From Mobula hypostoma (taxonomy: Eukaryota), in NCBI RefSeq assembly GCF_963921235.1, contig NC_086108.1, forward strand, positions 84,508,001-84,572,000: 64,000 nucleotides of DNA, read 5' to 3'. This document shows positions 1 to 12,866 of the stretch, piece by piece; the first letter of the stretch is position 1, and the number at the start of each line of letters is the position of its first letter. Both the position numbers and the translations under genes were made by a program. The notes below the pieces were generated by a model. That model was not told the origin of the DNA, did not search any database, and saw only the letters and a list, made by a program, of their open reading frames with translations.

Positions 1-3000
1 GGAAATTGATAAGAAATATGTTATAGCTCCTTCTGAGGAGTTATATAAACAAAGAACTGAACTTCAAATGGAACACAGTTTATTACTCTCGTCCTCGATT
101 GTAAACCAATTAAAGAAAACAAGAAGTGAATTTTATGTACACAGTGACAAAATTGGCAAACTGTTAGCTAATCAACTGAAGTCTAATTATGCTAAATCTC
201 AAATTAATCAGATTTATAACCAAAATGATCGACTGATTCTTGATCATGTGGGGATTAATCAAACCTTCTGTGATTTTTACTCTTCCTTATATCAATCAGA
301 GTCTCCTCGAGATTCTAAATATATGAATGACTTTTTAGATAATTTAGACTTCCCTGAGATTTCACAGGATATGTCTTCTATGTTAGATACTCCCATTACT
401 ATGGATGAGATTAAGAATGTTATTTTCTCTATGAATTTGGGGAAAGCTCCTGGCCCTGATGGGTTTACCGTAGAATTTTATAAATGTTTTGCTCCTTCAT
501 TAATCCCTTGGCTCTGTAGGGTTTTTGAGGCTTCATTAAAACTTGGTAAACTTCCTGAATCTTTAAATAGAGCATCAATTTCTCTAATATTAAAGAAGGA
601 TAAAGATCCTGCTCAATGTGCATCTTATAGACCAATATCTTTATTAAATGTTGATTCTAAAGTTTTTTCTAAGTTATTAGCAAATAGATTAGAAAAAGTA
701 CTTCCTTCTATTATTTCGGAAGACCAAACGGGTTTTATTAAAGGTCGTTACTCTTTTTATAATATTCGCACACTGTTAAATATCGTTTATACTCCCACAC
801 AAAATGTTCCTGAGTCTGTTATCTCTTTAGATGCTGAGAAAGCTTTTGATAGAGTAGAATGGCCTTATTTATTTAAGGTGCTTGAAATGTTTAATTTTAG
901 CTCGAAATTTATATCCTGGATTAAACTGTTATATCATTCTCCTGTGGCCTCGGTCCGTACTAACTCTTTAAGTTCACCTTTTTTCCCTCTTTTTCGAGGT
1001 ACTCGACAAGGTTGTCCTCTTAGTCCCTTATTATTTGATATTGCATTAGAACCTCTTGCAATTGCCATTCGAGAATCTCCAAATATTACTGGGATAACTC
1101 GGGGCTTAAAGTCCCATAAAATATCATTTTATGCTGATGATTTACTTTTATATATTTCTAATCCTCAAAAATCCATCCCAGCTGTTTTAGAGCTATTAGC
1201 ACAATTTGGTCTTTTTTCAGGTTATAAATTAAATCTTAGTAAGAGTGAACTCATTCCGATTAATAAACAACTTCTCTTATATTATAAATTTCCATTTAAA
1301 TTGATTAATAATTATTTTTCATATCTTGGGATTAAAATTACTTGTAAATACAAAGATTTATTTAAGACTAACTTTTTACCATTAATAGACCATATTATTC
1401 AACTTTCATCTAAATGGTTTCCTTTATATTTAACTTTGATTGGTCGTATTAATGCAGTTAAGATGTTTTTTTTGCCAAAATTTTTATATATATTTCAGGC
1501 ATTACCAATCTTTGTTCCAAAATCTTTTTTTGACAAAGTTGACTCTAAAATTTCTTCATTTATTTGGCAGAATAAAAACCCGAGACTGGGTAAAATACAT
1601 TTACAGAAAGCTAAGAGAGATGGAGGCTTAGCATTACTTAACTTTAGATTTTATTATTGGGCAATTAATATTCGACATATGAAATTCTGGTTACTTGACC
1701 AGGATATACTATCCATTCCTAAATGGGTAGCATTGGAATTACAATCTGTTCAGGGTTTTACACTTGGCTCTATTTTAGGTTCCTTTCTTCCTTTTGATTT
1801 GAAACGCCTTAAACAGGTATCTAACCCGATAGTTAAATATACCTTACGTATTTGGTTTCAATTCAGAAAATTTTTTGATCTTAATCAATTTGGGTTAGTG
1901 ATTCCTATTTTAGGTAACATATTTTTTCCTCCCTCTTTTACGGATCGTGCTTTTCAAATTTGGAAGACTAAGGGTATTTCACGGTTTTGGATTTATTTTT
2001 AGATGGTTCCCTTATGTCTTTTGAACAATTATCTAATAAATATAATTTATCAAGAATACATTTTTTTAGATATCTACAAGTTAGAAATTTCCTAAGTACT
2101 ATACTTTCTTCTTTTCCAATGCTTCCTCCTACATACATTTTAGATACTATAATTAACCTTAATCCATGTCAGAAAGGTACATCGGCTATGATTTATAATA
2201 TTATTATGAAACTTAGGAAAGCTCCATTTGATAAGATTAGGGTAGATTGGGAACAGGAATTGGGGTTTACCATTTCCGTGGATGACTGGGGGCAGATTTT
2301 ACAATTAGTCAATACTTCCTCTATCTGTGCTAAACATTCCCTAATTCAATTTAAAGTTGTTCATAGAGCACATATGTCCAAAGATAAGTTAGCGCGCTTT
2401 TATTCTCATATTAATCCTTTTTGTGATAGATGTCCGGGGCAGATAGCCTCTCTAACTCATATGTTTTGGTCTTGCCCTACTTTGGAAACTTTTTGGAGAG
2501 ACATTTTTAATATTATCTCCAAGGTATTGAATATAGATATCTCTCCTCACCCTATTACTGCTATCTTTGGACTACCTAAAATTTCCAGTAATCTTTCCCC
2601 TTCAGCCTGTAGAATGATTGCATTTCTTACTTTAATGGCGAAAAGATGTATCTTACAACATTGGAAAGAGCTTAATGCTCCAACTACCTTTTTTTGGTTT
2701 TCTCAGATGATATTATGCTTGAATTTGGAGAAAATTAGAAGCAATCTTTATGACTCCTCATTTAAATTTGAACAGACTTGGAGATCTTTTATTCAATATT
2801 TTCATTTAATGTAATATATACCCTTCTTGTTTTTTTTTTACTGTTTTTAATGGAGGTCGGGATTGAGGACGTGATTTTAAGTTTAACTCTGTTTGGTTTC
2901 AAGTTAGCCCATTGCTTTGCTTTGCTTTTAGTTAGTTGCACGGTGGGTTTTTTTTGGGGGGGGGTTTCCTTTTCTCTATTGATATATATATATAAAAATT

Positions 3001-3170
3001 AGTATACTATTATGTTACCTTGGTATGTTATGTTTAAATTACATTGTTGGTAGTATTTTTTTTGTATTAATATCTTCTGTAATTTTATTATATTCTAACA
3101 GTGTATTAGTGTCTATATGGCTTACCTTTTTGTATACTTATTCAATAAAAAGATTTAAAAAGAAAAGAAA
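1..3170 (+). mobile_element. L1-clade LINE, 3' part (ORF2 RT + C-terminal zinc knuckle, 3' UTR, A-rich tail); runs off the window start
   Basis: ORF 68..2002 has KAPGPDG, YRPISLLNVDSK, SLDAEKAFDRV, GTRQGCPLSPLLF and YADD. ORF 1987..2814 has CDRC...HMFWSC. AATAAA at 3144, A-rich tail to ~3170. Confidence 0.95.
2..2814 (+). pseudogene. L1-type ORF2 reverse transcriptase with one apparent frameshift near 1990
   Basis: The frame is open from base 2 (EIDKKY...) into the 644-aa ORF and continues in the overlapping 275-aa ORF. The shift lies at a T run (acggttttggatttattttt). Confidence 0.9.
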
Positions 3171-3485
3171 GACAAATTTTTCCACAGAAGAGGTTTGTCA
3201 TTATCTTTTTCTGCGCAGTGTCTTTACAAGACAAATGATCCCAGCCATTATCAATGTTCTTTAGAGATTGTCTGCCTGGCGTCAGTGGTTGCATAACCAG
3301 GACTTGTGATATGCACCAGCTGCTCATACGACCGTCCACCACCTGCTCCCATGGCTTCATGTGACCTTGTTCAGGGGTGGCTAAGAAGGTGCTACATCTT
3401 GCCCACAGGTGACCTACAGGCTAGCAAATGGAAGGAGCGTCTTACACCTTCTTTGGCAGAGACATAGCTCCACCCCGCCACCCAA
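3171..3485 (-). mobile_element. Short interspersed repeat with an RTE-5'-UTR-like head
   Basis: GC-richer block whose reverse strand (ggtcacctgtgggcaagatg) resembles the motif at ~63795 (gctcacccttggtggtaaggtc). No coding capacity. Confidence 0.4.
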
Positions 3486-4659
3486 TGAGGGAGTCTTCCA
3501 AACATTTCAGGATCTCTGAAAGGTATGATCTGAGAGCTGCTGCAATGTCTGGAGTAGTAATCCAAAGTCAGCAGTTCAAATCCCACCACAGAATCTAGGA
3601 AATTTAAATATAATTATTCACGTAACTCGGAATAAAAGGTTGGCATCTATGATTAATGGATTCATGTAATTCAAAGAAGGAAACTATTGGCTACTCTGGT
3701 GGTTAATTCATAACTGCCTTCTGAAATTGGATTGCAATCCACTCAGCTGTACCAAACCATTACAAAATATAAACAAAAGACAACAGATCACTTGGAGCCA
3801 TCCTGATAATAGACACATGCAGCCCAGCTAACTCTCCAAAGAATTCATTATGATCATCTTTGCAGTTGTCTGTATTAAGAGATTTATAACAGAGCCAACA
3901 AATAATAGCCTTCCAACTGTACACACACAAAATAAATCTTTTTGACTAATGTCCCAAATTCCTCTAATACAGTCCCTGAGTACACCTTGTCCCATAAGCA
4001 ATATTTTCTTTGTTATATGATATCGGAGGCTATCTCTAAACTTTGTAACTCAGAATCTCATGAAATCTCCAAGTGTCGAGGCAATATTCTGCATATTACT
4101 ATTTGTTCCCAACATTACAGTGCTAGACCATTAACAACAAGACAGCATTTGATGGGGTGCAACATCACATCAGCAGGGAAATTCTTTAATGGCCAGCATC
4201 AAACATCATATAGAGGAGTCAATTCTACAGGAAAAGGTGGGTGTGGTCACTGGAGGTCTTCGGTTCTACTCTAGCCATCACTGCAGAATCTTCACAGGGC
4301 AGTATCATGTGCTCAACAATCTTCAGCTGCTTCATCTCACATCAGCTACACCATCCTACCATCATCATATGAGAAGTGGGATGTTTAAAGTTGACTGCAT
4401 AATATGCAATATATTTGCATTTATAGAAAATGGTCCTTACCCCTGAGCAAAGTTTAAAGAAAATTGGTATATGGATAATAAGGTAGCATTGGATGGAATG
4501 CAGTAAAACTGAAGTCATTGGGAAACTCTCCAATACCTAGTATCAATCATCATTGGTGATTGTGGAACTTGTGGAATTTGTCTCCACAGGCAGCTGTGGA
4601 GGCCAGGTCATTGGGTGTATTTAAGGCAGAGCTTGATAGGGAGGGGTGGAGAAGATTGC

Positions 4660-5076
4660 AACATGATGCAGCATGCGCGGCCGCTCCGAAATGATGTTGT
4701 ATTTGTAAGTAGGAACCCATGCACAATCCTGATTTGATGGAGACAGCCATGAAAAGCACGGAGGAACATCTGGAGAAACTTCTGAAATGCCCGCTTCGCT
4801 GCCGCTGCTACTGTGCGATCGAGAATCTCTGGAGGGGAAGGCCCCAAGTCCTCGGCTTTACCTATTGCCTGTAGCCGGGGTCGAGGTTGAAGTGCTCAGC
4901 AGAGGTGGTGCTCGGTGTCGGAGGGCTAGTTGGAGGCTCAAAGTTTTCAGACATACTCAAGAGACGGACTGTGGTTGGTTGCTTCCAGGGTGCTGCATCG
5001 GCAAGTTTGCGACGCTGGAGGTTCATGGCAGGAAGAGTTTTTTTCCTTCCTTCTACCGTCTGCGTGAGACGATGGC
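4660..5076 (+). repeat. Non-coding interspersed repeat, family X (5' part)
   Basis: Homologous to the reverse complement of ~36040-36400 (ggaggaacatctggagaaacttctgaaatgcc...gctgccgctg). Confidence 0.85.
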
Positions 5077-5721
5077 ATAGACGCTCTTACAGAAGAGCCT
5101 TTCTTGCCTTGTGTGTCAAGGACAGTTCTAATTTCTATTAATGCAAATGTGAATCATTATTGCTCCGTTAAACAAATACATCAAGGAAACCAAAACTGTA
5201 AACAATGTTCTGGATTTGGTCTCACCAAGGCCTAATAATTGCAGTTGTTGGGTTGCATTCTGGAGCTATGGCATACAACATATACTAATTTTAACAGCAG
5301 CCAGTCTTCAGATCTGGGCATGGATTGTAGATTTCATTTAAAATGCAGCTCCGAACAGTTGCCTTCCATTTGACTGCACAAGCCTGCATTTGCATTAACA
5401 CAGCCTGAGGTCAATAGAATTCACATTCATTTTGGGTGTCTGGAGTGTGGGTATGAAGAAGGAGGTGTTTGAAAACTATATGTGATTCAAAGGAAACACT
5501 GTAGATACATTGTAACTATAGAATTGTCCTGATGTTACTTTTAGCATTTAAAAATATACGTATATTGCGTTGAGCAGCCCTTTTCTTCCAAGGGCATCTC
5601 AATATGATGCCAGTTGCTTATTTTTGCTGAACAAAACACTTCTATATCCATTAGCTTCAGTGTCTTTCCGGTGACTTTGTTCACACCATATCTATACACC
5701 TGTCTCACATATCGAACAGCA

Positions 5722-5960
5722 TTTAGTGCTGCTGTCTCACAGCTCGAGCAACCTGGGGTTTAATTCAGACCTCCCATGTGGTCCATGTGGAACTAGCATA
5801 TTCTCCTTGTGGCTGTGTGGGTCTGGGCTTCCTGTGGGTTCTCCAATCCCTTCTCACATCCCATAGATATGAGCTGTGGAATCAGCCAAAACTGATAGAT
5901 ATGAGAGTAATGTGTAACAGAAGAGCACATGGGAGGATGTGATCAATTAGGATGCTCTAA
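5722..5960 (+). mobile_element. Degenerate tRNA-derived SINE (V-SINE/HE1-like)
   Basis: Has a gctgctgtctcacagctc...ggtttaattc head and a tgtggaactagcatattctccttgtggctgtgtgggt core, similar to the SINE copies at 9465 and 37960. Confidence 0.5.
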
Positions 5961-6949
5961 AGCCACCCTAGGAGACCATTTCGTTTGTCAGGTCTATCAT
6001 GAGAATTCAGAGACCTTCTAATAATAAATGGCATCATATCACTTGGTTTCCTATCCACAGCTACACTTGCATGTTAGCTTTCAATGACTTCCATAACAAG
6101 AAAAAAAGTCCTTTAGGACATAAACACTTTCCAATCTGTCACTGTATATTAAATATTCTGCTTTTCTGTGTATCAAAGTGGATGGCTTCACATTTTTTCC
6201 AGTTTTATTAAATATCCACCTGCCATACTCATGCCCATTCACTAACCTTTTTAAATCCAGCTTCCTACTCATAATCCCAATTGGCCTTGTGTTTCCAGTA
6301 AGCTTAGAAATATAACTTTTAGCCCCCTTAGCCAAATCATCAATAATATTGATGAGCTGGGGTGAAAATATTGATCACTGTCTATCTAACAAAAAATACT
6401 TCTAATTTTTACTTTCAGTTTGGAAACCAGTTTTGAGTCCACGCCAGTGTATCACCCCTAAATTGTGTTCCAATCTTGCTGACTGACAGTAACCTTCCTA
6501 AAATATATTCTTGATTCCCCCTTCTCTATTTATTAATCGCACGCTCAAGGTAGTCCAACTGGATTAGTCAAATATGTTTTCTTTTCATGAATCTGTTTAA
6601 CTCTGTTCAATCCTATTTTTTTTATCTACGGAGAGAGGTATTTTGTTATCACATTCTTAATTATAGATTTTAGCCTACTTACGTTAGGTGTAGTCAGTCC
6701 CTTATTTCCTTTCTCCCTCCTTTCTTGAAAAGTAGGGTTGTACTTAATTTCAACCATTCTGCAGAAGCAATTCCAGAATCTATAGATAATAGCAAGTGTA
6801 TCTGTATCTCTGTAACCAGCTTTTTCAAAAAATGGTAAGTACATCAAACTGGGTTTTATTGACTGTCAGCCATACCAACATCTTTAATATTCATCAAAAA
6901 TACGGGTAATGGTTGGAATCAATCCTCAAACAAAGGAAGATTTTTTCAT

Positions 6950-8060
6950 TGTGCCCCTCAGCTATGTAGAGCACTTCGCCATGTATTCAACCTGAGCCTG
7001 AGGCTCCGGAGGGTTCCTGTACTGTGGAAGACGTCCTGCCTCGTCCCTGTGCCGAAGACGCCGCGCCGTAGCGGCCTCAATGACTGCAGACCGGTGGCAT
7101 TGACCTCCCACATCATGAAGACCCTGGAGAGACTTGTTCTGGAGCTGTTCTGGCCTATGGTCAGGCCACGCTTAGATCCCCTCCAGTTCGCCTACCAGCC
7201 CCGACTAGTAGTTGAGGATGCCATCGTCTTCCTACTGAACTGTGTCTATGCCCACCTGGACAAGCCAGCGAGCACTGTGAGGGTCATGTTTTTTGACTTC
7301 TCCAGTGCGTTCAACACCGTCCGCCCTGCTCTGCTGGGGGAGAAGCTGACAGCGATGCAGGTGGATGCTTCCCTGGTATCATGGATTATTGACTACCTGA
7401 CTGGCAGACCACAGTACGTGTGCTTGCAACACTGTGTGTCCGACAGAGTGATCAGCAGCACTGGGGCTCCACAGGGGACTGTCTTGTCTCCCTTTCTCTT
7501 CACCATTTACACCTCGGACTTCAACTACTGCACAGAGTCTTGTCATCTTCAGAAGTTTTCTGATGACTCTGCCATAGTTGGATGCATCAGCAAGGGAGAT
7601 GAGGCTGAGTACAGGGCTACGGCAGGAAACTTTGTCACATGGTGTGAGCAGAATTATCTGCAGCTTAATGTGAAAAAGACTAAGGAGCTGGTGGTAGACC
7701 TGAGGAGAACTAAGGTACCGGTGACCCCTGTTTCCATCCAGGGGGTCAGTGTGGACATGGTGGAGGATTACAAATACCTGGGGATACGAATTGACAATAA
7801 ACTGGACTGGTCAAAGAACACTGAGGCTGTCCACAAGAAGGGCCATTGCCGTCTCTATTTCCTGAGGAGACTGAGGTCCTTTAACATCTGCCAGACGATG
7901 CTGAGGATGTTCTACGAGTCTGCGGTGGCCAGTGCTATTATGTTTGCTGTTGCGTGCTGGGGCAGCAGGCTGAGGGTGGCAGACACTAACAGAATCAACA
8001 AACACATTTGTAAGGCCAGTGATGTTGTGGGGATGGAACTGGACTCTCTCACGGTGGTGT
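6950..8060 (+). mobile_element. Rex1/Babar-clade LINE RT fragment, truncated at both ends
   Basis: ORF 7049..8065 has RPVALTSHIMKTLERLV, DPLQFAYQ, FFDFSSAFNT, GAPQGTVLSPFLF and KFSDDS. Nearly identical to 38348-38770 over the overlap. Confidence 0.95.
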
Positions 8061-8140
8061 ATTAAAAGATTCCGGAAGTTTACCAAGTTTCAAAGAAGCC
8101 TCAAAAACCTTATAGAGCCAAGGAATCAATAAAGAAGGAA
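8061..8140 (-). mobile_element. ~80-bp inverted internal fragment of the L1 family found at 1-3170
   Basis: Its reverse complement (ccttctttattgattccttggctctataaggtttttgaggcttctttgaaacttggtaaacttccggaatcttttaat) aligns to 494-569. Confidence 0.9.
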
Positions 8141-8379
8141 ACCAGAGATCCACGAGCCAGTCCTCATCGCAAGATTAAGTTTTAAATTACTTGGTGTTCT
8201 CATTTTGGAGGATCTATCCTGGGCCCAGCACCTTTGTGCCATTATGAAGAAAGCATGGCAGCACCTTTATTACTAAGTAGTTTGCAAAGATATGGCATGA
8301 CATATAAAACTTTGATAAAGTTCTATACGTTGGTGGTATGGAGCAATCGTAGCCTAGTATGGAAACACCAATGCCCTTG

Positions 8380-8892
8380 AAAGGAAACTTCCCACCATTG
8401 AGCACATCTACACAGAGCGTTGTTGCAGGAAAGCATTATCCATCATGAAGTAACCTGACCATCCAGGTCATGTTCTCTTCTCACTGCTGCCAACAGGAAC
8501 AGGAACAGGAGACTCAGGACTTATACCACCAGTTATTACCCCTCAACCATCAGGCTCTTGAACTAAGTGAATAACTTTACTCAACTTCACTTGGCCCCAC
8601 ATTGAAATGTTCCCACAACCTATGGAGACACTTTTCAAGGAATCTTCATCTTATATTTTTGATATTTATTGTTTATTTATTTATTATTATTATTTCCCTT
8701 TTTTTTGCATTTGTAATTTGTTGCCTTTTGCAACCTGGATGAATGCCCAAGCAGGTGCAGATTTTCATTGATCCTATTGTGGTTATTAGTCTACTATGGA
8801 TTTATTGAGTATGCCCACAAAAAATGAATCTCAGGGCTATATACAGTGACATATATGTACTTTGATAATGAATTTACTTTGAACTTTGAACC
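8380..8892 (+). mobile_element. Rex1/Babar-type 3' end remnant
   Basis: Degenerate ...HPGHVLFSLLP... coding remnant, a T-rich UTR and a tttgaactttgaa tail shared with other copies. Confidence 0.75.
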
Positions 8893-9464
8893 ATCCAATG
8901 CATATTATTTGCTAAATCGCCTATCTGAAGCTGGCCAAAATCAACAAGTTGTATATTTTCTCACATACTGGTAATCTCTGGTCTAAGAGGTTTTCAAAAT
9001 GGTGCCAGCAACTGAATTAATTCAAGATTTTTCCTTATAAGTTATTTCCTAGGAACTAGGTGTCACTGGCAAAGTGAGAGTTTATTGTCCGACTTTGAAG
9101 AGGTGGTGGTGAGCTGCCTTTTTGAATGATCACATTCCTTCTGGTGTCGGTACTTCCACAGCACTGTTGGGTTGGGAGTTTAAGGATTGAGTCCCAGTTA
9201 AAATGAAGGTCTGGCACTATATTCTTAAGTCAGGATGATGGTGTCTTTCTTAGTGGTAGTTCACAGACTTGTGAGGTAGTATCTACACAGCATTTTATAA
9301 CAGTTACAGACTACAGCCACTCCATATGATATTAATGGTGTAGGACTTTATGATAGCAGTCACTTAATGTAAAGGGAGAGGTAGTTTTACTTTCTTGTTG
9401 GAGGAGGTCAATGCCTGACATTTTCTGATTCAATTGTTCATATTGATTTGGTCTTGCTATATTT

Positions 9465-9720
9465 ATTTATTGAAACACAGCGTGACCTTCAAACCATGCC
9501 ACCCAGCAATCCCCCGATTTAATCCTAACTTAATCACGGGATAATTTACAATGACCAATTAACCTGCCAACCGGTACATCTTTGGACAGCAGGAGGAAAC
9601 TGGAAGAAACCCACAGGGTCACAGGGAGAACATATAAGCTTCTGACAGGCAGCAGTAGGAACTGAACCCGGTTCAGCTGTACTGTAAAGCACTGTGCTAA
9701 CCACTGTGGTACTGTGCCAC
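9465..9720 (-). mobile_element. tRNA-derived SINE (V-SINE/HE1-like)
   Basis: The reverse strand begins gtggcacagtaccacagtggttagcacag...gggttcagttcc (A- and B-box-like). Homologous to 37960-38242. Confidence 0.8.
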
Positions 9721-10229
9721 TGGATGCAGGCAATGACAAAAAAAAGGCTACTTTATGTCAGGTGATAAAATGTCGCAAACATGCAGCAGAAATTCTGCTT
9801 GCAACATTTTTGTTTTCTTCCTCTACTTCTGCCATTCTTGCAGAATTCCTTAGAATTTCCTCCCTTCAATTTCATCACCAGCCCCTTCCCTGTTTAGCCT
9901 CCTGTTGCTTCCCTCTTGTTCCTGCAACTGCTCGGAAAGGCAGGCAGGTTTGAATCAATTGTTGCTACTAAGACATGGAATCTAAGGTTACGTGGCATAC
10001 GAGAATTTGTCAACTGGTAACTATGTAATTAGATGAAGGGTTGCCAACATCCCCAGACTGTACCCTTCAGAATCTAGCATAATTAAATGTCATTGGAGAA
10101 CTATTATCTTTGCAGCTCTCCTACCCCGCCCTGAGCTACAGATAAATGAAAAATAAACATTGCTAAATTACATGTTATTTCTTCAGAAAGCTTCTGAAAA
10201 TAACTGGCCCAGGAGGGAGCCTGTAAGAA

Positions 10230-10826
10230 TTTATTTTTAAAAATACATACAACATCGCACACTTTGCCAGCTGTGGTGCCTGCTTCATTAGGCCGTTGTA
10301 AAATTTCAAATAAAGCAAAATTAAAGATGTTTGCAAAAGCTGCATTTGAAAAAGAGGAGCAACACTAATCAACCATTTCAATCAATAAACTGGGAACAGA
10401 GGTGAGTGGAGAGAATGGTAACAAAGAGAGAGAACTCTGTGGACCAAGTAACTTTAAAGATTAGCTTTATTTGTCACTTGTACATTGAAACATCAAAACA
10501 TGCAGTGACATGCGTTGCTTGTGTGAACAGCCAACACAGTCCGAGGAATGTGTTGGGTCAGCCATAAGTGTCACCGTGCTACTGGCTCCAGCGTAAGGCC
10601 CACAACTTACAACCCGTACGTTTTTGGAACGTACGTGGGAAGAAACCAAGGCGCAGGGAGGAAGCCAACAAGGACACGGGGAGAACATACAAACTCCTGA
10701 CAGACAGTGCCAAGAAACTCAAATATCTTAAATTTTGCACAGGAATTCACAGTGCTGCAACAGCCAAATGAGGCAGGCTCCGCAGCTGGCAAAGCTTGCA
10801 AAGTTGGATGCACTTTTAAAAATAAA
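10230..10826. repeat. Diverged ~100-bp inverted repeat (arms 10230-10332 and 10720-10826)
   Basis: Left arm contains ctttgccagctgtggtgcctgcttcattagg. The reverse complement of the right arm contains ctttgccagctgcggagcctgcctcatttgg. Flanking matches are tttatttttaaaa and gcaaaatt.aagat.ttt. Confidence 0.85.
10455..10715 (-). mobile_element. SINE fragment (V-SINE core) lying between the inverted arms
   Basis: cacggggagaacatacaaactcctgacagacag matches the core of the SINEs at 9465 and 37960. Confidence 0.7.
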
Positions 10827-10899
10827 GCAATACACCAACTGCTATGCTATTCAGCTGCCCCTAGTAGTAACCAACCTTGGTGGAATAAGGATTAGACAT

Positions 10900-12866
10900 G
10901 CAACACACACAAAATGCTGGTGGAACACAGCAGGCCAGGCAGCATCTCTAGGAAGAGGTACAGTCGATGTTTCGGGCTGAGACCCTTCGTCAGGACTAAC
11001 TGAAAAAAGAGATAGTAAGAGATTTGAAAGTGGGAGGAGGAGGAGGGATGAAGCTAAGAGCTGGAAAGTTGATTGGCAAAAGGGATACAGAGCTGGAGAA
11101 GGGGGAGGATCATGGGATGGGAGGCCTAGGGAGAAAGAGGGAGGGGAGCCCAGAGGAAGATGGGGAGCAGGCAAGGAGTGATTGTGAGAGGGACAGAGAG
11201 AGAAAAAAGGGGGGTGATAATAAATAAATAAGGGGTGGGAGTAAGAAGGGGAGGAGGGGCATTAGCAGAAGTTAGAGAAATCAATGATCATGCCATCAGG
11301 TTGGCGGCTACACAGACGGGATATAAGATGTTGTTCCTTCAACCTGTGTGTGGCTTCATCTTGACAGTAGAGGAGGCCATGGATTGACATATCAGAATGG
11401 GAAAGGACGTGGAATTAAAATGTGTGGCCACTGGGAGATCCTGCTTTCTCTGGCGGACAGAGCATAGGTGTTCAGCAAAACGGACTCCCAGTCTGCGTCG
11501 GGTCTCACCAATATATAGAAGGCCACACCAGGAGCACCGGATGCAGTATATTACACCAGCCGACTCACAGGTGAAGTGTCGCCTCACCTGGAAGGACTGT
11601 CTGGGGCCCTGAATGGTGGTGAGGAAGGAAGTGTAAGGCCAGGTGTAGCACTTGTTCCGCTTACAAGGATAAGTGCTGGGAGGGAGATCGGTGCGAAGGG
11701 ATGGGGGGGATGAATGGACAAGGGAGTCGCGTAGGGAGCGATCCCTGTGGAAAGCAGAAAGGGGGGGGAGGGTAAGATGTACTTGGTGGTGGTATCCCGT
11801 TGGAGGTGGCGGAAGTTATATGTTGGATCCGGAGGCTGGTGGGGTGGTAGCTGAGGACAAGGGGAACCCTATCCCCAGTGGGGCGGTGGGAGGAAGGGGT
11901 GAGATCAGATGTGCGTGAAATGGGAGAGATGTGTTTGAGAGCAGAGTTGATGGTGGAGGAAGGAAAGCCTCTTTCTTTAAAAAAGGAAGACATCTCCTTC
12001 TTCCTGGAATGAAAAGCCTCATCCTGAGAGCAGATGTGGCGGAGATGGAGGAATTGCGAGAAGGGGGTGGCATTTTAGCAAGATACAGGGTGGGAAGAGG
12101 AATAGTCCAGGCAGTTGTGAGAGTCCGTAGGCTTATAATAGACATCAGTAGATAAGCTGTCTCCGGAGATAGAGACATAAAGATCAAGAAAGGGGAGGGA
12201 GGTGTCAGAAATGGACCAGATAAATTTGAGGGCAGGGTGAAAGTTAATGAAGTCAACAAGCTCAGCATGCATGCAGGAAGCAGCGCCAATGCAGTCGTCG
12301 ATGTAGCGAAGGAAAAGTGGGAGACGGATATCAGTATAGGCTTGGAACATGGACTGTTCCACAAAGCCAACAAAAAGGCAGGCATAGCTGGGACCCATAC
12401 GGTGCCCATGGCTACACCTTTAGTTTGGAGGAAGTGGGAGGAGCCAAAGGAGAAATTATTAAGAGTAAGGACTAATTCCGCTAGACAGAGAAGAGTGGTG
12501 GTAGAGGGGAACTGGTTAGGTCTGGAATCCAAAAAGAAGTGGAGAGCATTGAGATCTTCCTGGTGGGGGATGGAGGTATATAGGGACTGGACATCCATGA
12601 TGAAAATAAGGGGGTGGGGGCCAGGGAACTTAAAATCATTGAAAAAATTCAGAGCGTGAGAAGTGTCACGAACATAGGTGGGAAGGCATTGAACAAGGGG
12701 GGGATAAAACAGTGTCGAGGTATGCAGAAATGAGTTCGGTGGGGCAGGAGCAAGCTGAGACAATAGGTCTACCTGGACAGGCAGGTTTGTGGATCTTGGG
12801 TAGGAGGTAGAAATGGGAAGTGCGGGATGTGGGAACCATGAGGTAGATGGCAGTGGATGGGAGATC
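10900..12866 (-). mobile_element. Penelope-like element (RT + GIY-YIG endonuclease + terminal repeat), 5'-truncated and frameshifted
   Basis: Minus-strand ORFs give [38 protein letters not shown] and FLRYIDD (PLE RT), and VIYCIRC...LLYIGETRRRL...EH...VATHFN (GIY-YIG). Confidence 0.95.
10961..10998 (-). ncRNA. Minimal hammerhead ribozyme motif (AUC cleavage-site variant)
   Basis: Reverse strand reads UAGUC CUGACGA A GGG ucucag CCC GAAAC AUC GACUG. Confidence 0.7.

Noticed and set aside
3390..3485. Possible HDV-like ribozyme on the minus strand (GGGUGGC can pair with GUCACCU)
   Set aside because: I could not fit the P3/L3, P1.1 or J4/2 elements in the required order.
10851..11174. Recurrent short ORFs containing SPDEGSRPETSTVPLPRDAAWPA, taken as a peptide family
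   Set aside because: They are translations of the PLE terminal repeat and hammerhead. Frames and starts differ between copies.
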